A stretch of DNA of 64,000 bases from Thermoproteota archaeon (GTDB taxonomy: Archaea > Korarchaeota > Korarchaeia > Korarchaeales > Korarchaeaceae): positions 352,001-416,000 of the forward strand of contig JALSOH010000006.1 in NCBI GenBank assembly GCA_026986575.1, read 5' to 3'. The position numbers and the translations under genes are program-made. Each line of letters begins with the position of its first letter. The first letter of the stretch is position 1. Below, one piece after another: positions 59,368 to 64,000 of this stretch. Under the pieces are notes generated by a model. That model saw nothing but the letters and a program-made list of their open reading frames with translations. It had not been told where the DNA came from and made no database searches.

Positions 59368-60240
59368 TCATATAATGCCTGATAGGTGTCTACTACGCTG
59401 GGGGAGTAGATGGGTTCCGTCGCATGAAGGGGCTCTCAGCAGGTCCCTAAATCCCTCTCTACACACAGAGGCGGTCATTCCTAGTTTAAGAGCCTCTTCG
59501 ACTGCATGTTTCAGTAGGCGATACCTCTTAGATGTGGGCATGTACCTATATCCCCTCACTATAACCCCCTCATCGTAGTAAAGGCGTCTCCACACATTGG
59601 CCAAATTCGGGAAGGAGAGAACCATCCTCGTGAAATTATCGGGTTTTGCCTTGTACGTGGAGAAGACCACGTGCTCAGCCCCCGAGTCCCTTATCTCCCT
59701 GAGCAGCTCCTTCAGATCTCTAGGATCGTCTGTGAGCTCGGGTATTATGGGATCCACTCGAGCCCCCTTCCTCACCTCCATTGATGCTAGGGCATCGAGC
59801 CTAGAACTGGGTGGGGGGGCGAAAGGTTCGAGTTTTGAGGCCAATTCCCTATCCAGTGTGGTAATGGTGACCATCAACCCGTCAAATAATCCCTGATCTC
59901 TCATGAAACCCACTCCCTTCGTGGTTAGGAGGACCCTGAATCCTTTAGAGCGGAGCACCTCGAGAGAGGCTCTAGTCAGTCCTAGGACCATCTCCTCTGG
60001 GGGATATGGGTCGCTGCTCGTGGACATGTCGACCGGGAGGGAAGGATCAACCCTCTCAAGGTCCCTCTTCAACCTCTTCAGGAAGTCCTTTTTGGGCCTG
60101 CTGGGCTTTCGACCCACATAGGATGTGGCGTAGCAGTAGAGGCAGTAGTGAGAACAGCCCGTGTAGGGATGTAGGGAGTACTTGGGAGGGCATGTGCAGA
60201 GGGGGCTCTTCCAAGGATCGAAAGGTCGGAGAACATCCAT
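59368..60240 (-). CDS. Radical SAM protein, SplB-like family
   Basis: PYTGCSHYCLYCYA (CxxxCxxC), SSDPYP, TTK, RVDPIIP. Confidence 0.88.
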   Translation of the reverse strand: MDVLRPFDPWKSPLCTCPPKYSLHPYTGCSHYCLYCYATSYVGRKPSRPKKDFLKRLKRDLERVDPSLPVDMSTSSDPYPPEEMVLGLTRASLEVLRSKGFRVLLTTKGVGFMRDQGLFDGLMVTITTLDRELASKLEPFAPPPSSRLDALASMEVRKGARVDPIIPELTDDPRDLKELLREIRDSGAEHVVFSTYKAKPDNFTRMVLSFPNLANVWRRLYYDEGVIVRGYRYMPTSKRYRLLKHAVEEALKLGMTASVCREGFRDLLRAPSCDGTHLLPQRSRHLSGII

Positions 60241-60279
60241 CGTTAAGAGGCTGAGTGACCCTACTTATAGGTGCGCGCA

Positions 60280-60819
60280 ATGGACAGGAAGGCGCTGCTG
60301 TTGTGTATCGCGGTGATCGCTATAATACTGGTCCAATTCAACCATCTGCTACCCAAGGGAAAAAATACAGGGAGCGATCAAGCAAGGGTCAGCGCTTACT
60401 TCTGCCCGGAGGACGGTTGCAGCCAAGTAGTCATTCGGTGGATCGAGAGGGCCAACAAATCGATTGATCTGGCGATGTACTCCTTCACACTGGATTCCAT
60501 AGGGGAGACCTTGGTGAGGGCGAAGGAGAGGGGCATCCGGGTCAGGGTGATACTCGAATCTGAGAGGATCGACAGGTACAGCGAATACGGAAGGCTCAGG
60601 GCAGCTGGCGTGGAAGTTGAGCTCGATCGGAACAGCTACCTGATGCACAATAAATTCATGGTAATCGATGGGGGCGTGGTGCTGACGGGCAGCTTCAACT
60701 ACACTTGGTCAGGGGATAAGAAGAATGACGAGAACTTGGTGGTCATAGTGGATGAGGGGATTGCCTCAGCATTCGAGTCAGAGTTCAATGAGATGTGGTC
60801 GGGGATCTTCGGGAAGTGA
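60280..60819 (+). CDS. Phospholipase D-family (Nuc-like) nuclease with N-terminal anchor
   Basis: FCPEDG, AMYSFT, MHNKFMVID, TGSFN.T, NDEN. Confidence 0.88.
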   Translation: MDRKALLLCIAVIAIILVQFNHLLPKGKNTGSDQARVSAYFCPEDGCSQVVIRWIERANKSIDLAMYSFTLDSIGETLVRAKERGIRVRVILESERIDRYSEYGRLRAAGVEVELDRNSYLMHNKFMVIDGGVVLTGSFNYTWSGDKKNDENLVVIVDEGIASAFESEFNEMWSGIFGK

Positions 60820-60889
60820 TCAATCAGGTGTAAAAACCTCAAGCGGGTACAAAGCGTGGGAACTGCCACGAGTCCCTATTTTTGATCCT

Positions 60890-62779
60890 TCAACCCCGCT
60901 TGGTACTGAGCAGGGAGCGCAAGAAGTCGAAGGGCCTGTAGGCCCGCCTCACCATCTCCACATACCTCTGCGCATCATATCCCCCTCTTCCCATCTCCAC
61001 CGGATAGGGAAAGGTCGCCTCAATGTACCTAATCGATCCACCGCTCGCATTGATCAAGGAGGCTGCTCTCCAGTGGCTGATCTCCCTACTATAGGGAGGA
61101 TCAATCCTCTTCTCCATTACTAGGAGCTCTTCAGGCACCTTGTAACGTATCAGGGAGTTCTCAGTATCTTCAAACATCCTTTGAACCTTCATAAGAGCCG
61201 ATAGTAGGGTACTGGGATCTCCTGCCTCTCCTAACAGGTCAAGCGATCTCTCCACGAGGTGCCTGAGCAGAGGAGGCATGTCCCTCCTGACGATCCCCTT
61301 GGCCTTTATGCCACCCTCCACCAACCTCCCCAAGTATCTAGAGGGCACCCCCAACTCACCTCCCTCCTCCGGCGGGAAGAACACCAGCCAGCTGTAAACA
61401 GAATCGACCCTTATCTTGTATCCCAGCTCGTTCTCTATCTCCTCAGCTAGAGAATGGGGATCGGGGGTCCTCACGAAGAGGGAATCCACCAGGAAGTGGA
61501 TCACCTCACCCCTCCTAGATGCCACTTCCATAGCTCTGAATGCGAGATGCCTCGCCATGGCGGTGACGCTCTCATATGATTCTATGCTACCGAACCTCGC
61601 GTTTCTATACCCTAGATATCCGAAGCAGGCCACCAATACCCATTTTATCGCTTCTAACCTGTCAGAATCGCCCATTGACTTGTATAACCTCTTCCTTCTC
61701 ACTAGTTCGCTTACTGCCTCCGATACCAATCCTCTCCTCTCCCTGCATATCCTGTGGCCCACCCCAGGGATCTCGAACCAGTCAGAGCATGAGGGATCGT
61801 TTACTGTCTCCGGGCTTATGTTCTCCTGACTTATTATTGATGGGAAGAAGGAGTCGAAGTCCAGCTGGGCTACGCCCCAGTAGATCCCCGCTTTGGGAGT
61901 GAGAATGAGGCCTCCCCTATCTGCTCTCACCAGCTCCCCGATGCTCTTCCATCCCTCTACCCTCACGGCCACGTTCGGTACCAAGTATTTCCTCTCCATG
62001 GCCTTGAAGGCTTCCACGCTGGTAAGCACCTTCCCTATCGTGTAGCCGGACGCCAGCCTGATCGGAGCATGAGAGAGGGAGCTCCACTCCATGAGTCCCC
62101 TCACGGTAACGCCCAGCGGTAAGGAGTCTACTAGCACGCCTCTCTTCAAGGCAGATCTGACTCCGGGAATCGAGAGGGCTAGCTTCCTCCACTTAGAGCC
62201 CTCCAGAACAATCACATGAGGCGAGTAAGATTCGACGATATCACCCGCCTCTCTCGGGCCCAGCGTGATGAGATCACCGTTAAGGGAGACCTCCACCTCC
62301 CTGACATACCTCCAAGAGGGAACGTTGGGAGGGCCGGCCCATCCCCTGAAACCCATCCTCACGTACTTGGGCTCGGGTATATCTCCACCGCACGAGGAGG
62401 GGATGAGGCCAGATCTCCACAGGACCTGCTGAAGCTGAGGTGGAAAGGTGTTCCACAGCTCCACCTTGTCGCGAAGAGCCCTAAAAACGCGCCTGTAGAG
62501 GCTTGGCTCTACTTCGATGACGGCCACATGGAGCGAGCTCCTGTAAAGTGGGGGTTTGATCCATTCCTCCACCCTCATGTCTAGATCATGGGCATCAACG
62601 AACTCCTCCAGCCACCTCTCATAAGAGGCGTATATCTCTAACGAGATCCTCCTCCTTTCAATCCTACGCCCATCCCCGTTGACGAAGAGGAGCTCCAATT
62701 CGTCACCTAACTTGGCGTCCAGCAGCCACTCGCACACATTCCGCAGTCGGCAGTCATAATTCAAAGGGAACGTTTTCAC
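60890..62779 (-). CDS. polB2: Family B DNA polymerase, PolB2/Dpo2 type
   Basis: DRGGL, LDFDSFFPSII, KWVLVACFGYLG, HFLVDSLF (altered motif C); no exonuclease motifs recognised. Confidence 0.85.
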   Translation of the reverse strand: MKTFPLNYDCRLRNVCEWLLDAKLGDELELLFVNGDGRRIERRRISLEIYASYERWLEEFVDAHDLDMRVEEWIKPPLYRSSLHVAVIEVEPSLYRRVFRALRDKVELWNTFPPQLQQVLWRSGLIPSSCGGDIPEPKYVRMGFRGWAGPPNVPSWRYVREVEVSLNGDLITLGPREAGDIVESYSPHVIVLEGSKWRKLALSIPGVRSALKRGVLVDSLPLGVTVRGLMEWSSLSHAPIRLASGYTIGKVLTSVEAFKAMERKYLVPNVAVRVEGWKSIGELVRADRGGLILTPKAGIYWGVAQLDFDSFFPSIISQENISPETVNDPSCSDWFEIPGVGHRICRERRGLVSEAVSELVRRKRLYKSMGDSDRLEAIKWVLVACFGYLGYRNARFGSIESYESVTAMARHLAFRAMEVASRRGEVIHFLVDSLFVRTPDPHSLAEEIENELGYKIRVDSVYSWLVFFPPEEGGELGVPSRYLGRLVEGGIKAKGIVRRDMPPLLRHLVERSLDLLGEAGDPSTLLSALMKVQRMFEDTENSLIRYKVPEELLVMEKRIDPPYSREISHWRAASLINASGGSIRYIEATFPYPVEMGRGGYDAQRYVEMVRRAYRPFDFLRSLLSTKRG

Positions 62780-62848
62780 ACATATCGGGAAAGTTTTGTA
62801 GCTCCTAACAACGTTAATAAGGCCTCGCCGATCATCTCAATTGGAGGC

Positions 62849-64000
62849 ATGCATTGGAGGAGGGCTGCAGAGATCATAGCCATGGAAGCAGCCTACAGAT
62901 CAGCCAGAAAGCATGGAAAGGGTAGGGAGTTCATCAGGATAACAGGGAGGAGCGCCCTGAGGTATAACATCCTCCTAGCCGTCATGTTCTCCCTACTATC
63001 TTCTTCCCTCGGACTGGGAGCACTCCTCGGGAGGGAGGTATCATATCTCCTCCTCTCCATGCTCTTTATGATGGATGTGGTCATGGGAATCCTCACAATG
63101 GCCCTGAACCTTCAGATGCTCATCTCTGACAGGCTGCTGGATCCCCTCAAGCAGCTCCCCATAGATGAAGGGGGAGTCAGGAGCATCTTGCTCTGGATAG
63201 GCTTATACTGGGGAGGCGCCGCTCTTCCCTTTCTCCTCATGCCGGCTGGTCTGATATCCTCCCTCATATTGAGGGACCTGTCCACACTGCTAGCAAGCGT
63301 GCTGATGTCATTCTCGTCGCTCAACCTTTCCCTTGGACTGGGGTACCTAGCCGGGTCGTACAGCGCTAACTACACGAAGAGCGGGAAGGGGCTATTGAGA
63401 TCGACCCTCGCTTGGCTGTCTCTATTGAGTTTAGGATTCGCTATAGGTCCCGTCGCGTCATGGTTCCTGAGCTCCATCGAGACAGGAGCCCGCATACCTG
63501 AATGGATGGTCCCCTTGAGCTTCTGCTACCTCACCTCACCACGCGCCCTCATCTCATCCTCGGCGCTCCTCTTCCTGTCAGTGGCTATCATGACCCTCGG
63601 CTCCAAGAGGTTCTGGAGGAAGATATCGGTCGGGGAGGTCTCGGCACCCCCGCGTCCCCCGAAGTGGAGCCTGACCAGTGGACTGTGGGCGGCTCTGCTC
63701 AGGGAGATGAGAATAGTCCTCAGGACCCCGAGAGTCCTAGCCTCCCTGATAATATATTCCTTGGTCTTCCCGGTATCCCTCATATCACCCCAGAAGACCT
63801 TCCTAGGCGGCTTCCTAGGTCCGAACTATACATCTCTGTTTATGCTCTCGGTTGGGGGGCTTGGGGGATTCTCAGTGGTCTACCTCTATATATCCGAGTC
63901 CTCTGGGGCCAAGGCCCTGTACCTGCTTCCCCTGACCAGATCTAGAGTGGCAGCCATCAAGACACTCGCCTTCCTCCTCCTCAACCTGCCGCTCCTCTTA
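62849..64000 (+). CDS. ABC-2-type exporter permease, runs off the window end (absent from the ORF track)
   Basis: GGAGG RBS plus ATG; open frame MHWRRAAEIIAMEAAYRS...ALYLLPLTRSRVAAIK with many TM helices. Confidence 0.8.
   Translation, partial: MHWRRAAEIIAMEAAYRSARKHGKGREFIRITGRSALRYNILLAVMFSLLSSSLGLGALLGREVSYLLLSMLFMMDVVMGILTMALNLQMLISDRLLDPLKQLPIDEGGVRSILLWIGLYWGGAALPFLLMPAGLISSLILRDLSTLLASVLMSFSSLNLSLGLGYLAGSYSANYTKSGKGLLRSTLAWLSLLSLGFAIGPVASWFLSSIETGARIPEWMVPLSFCYLTSPRALISSSALLFLSVAIMTLGSKRFWRKISVGEVSAPPRPPKWSLTSGLWAALLREMRIVLRTPRVLASLIIYSLVFPVSLISPQKTFLGGFLGPNYTSLFMLSVGGLGGFSVVYLYISESSGAKALYLLPLTRSRVAAIKTLAFLLLNLPLLL

Noticed and set aside
1-64000. CRISPR arrays, tRNA/rRNA genes, transposases, integrases
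   Set aside because: None seen by eye; short or intron-containing RNAs could have been missed without tRNAscan or Infernal

Overview
Gene-dense archaeal chromosome segment. It has an archaeal LeuRS, TmcA, UPF0282, AroA'/AroD, AOR and PolB2, with frequent GTG/TTG starts and GGAGG/GGTGA ribosome-binding sites. The gene set suggests a thermophilic TACK lineage, possibly Korarchaeota (inference only). Housekeeping genes (gap, leuS, topA, tmcA, pyrD, uppS) are mixed with a very short Smc-ScpA-ScpB condensin, a type IV pilus-like ATPase/platform/surface-protein block, three large membrane-anchored surface proteins, a polyamine/amine utilisation cluster (PotABCD, saccharopine-dehydrogenase-like enzyme, AOR, class III aminotransferase, arginine-deiminase-like enzyme) and an AbiE-like toxin-antitoxin pair. 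The main finding is a 3.8 kb AT-rich island inserted into the 3' end of the arginine-deiminase-like gene and bounded by a 36-bp perfect direct repeat. It has no integrase and encodes a small His-rich hydrophobic peptide, a SpoIIM/DUF95 protein, a Yip1-like protein, a small 4-TM protein and an ABC-type permease, which is the gene set expected for a circular-bacteriocin-like (archaeocin) locus. Other oddities are an adhesin fused across the membrane to a degenerate PIN domain, a TopA lacking the conserved active-site Arg, and a polyferredoxin broken by two +1 frameshifts. No tRNA, rRNA or CRISPR array was seen. All calls come from motif recognition by eye; no database searches were run.
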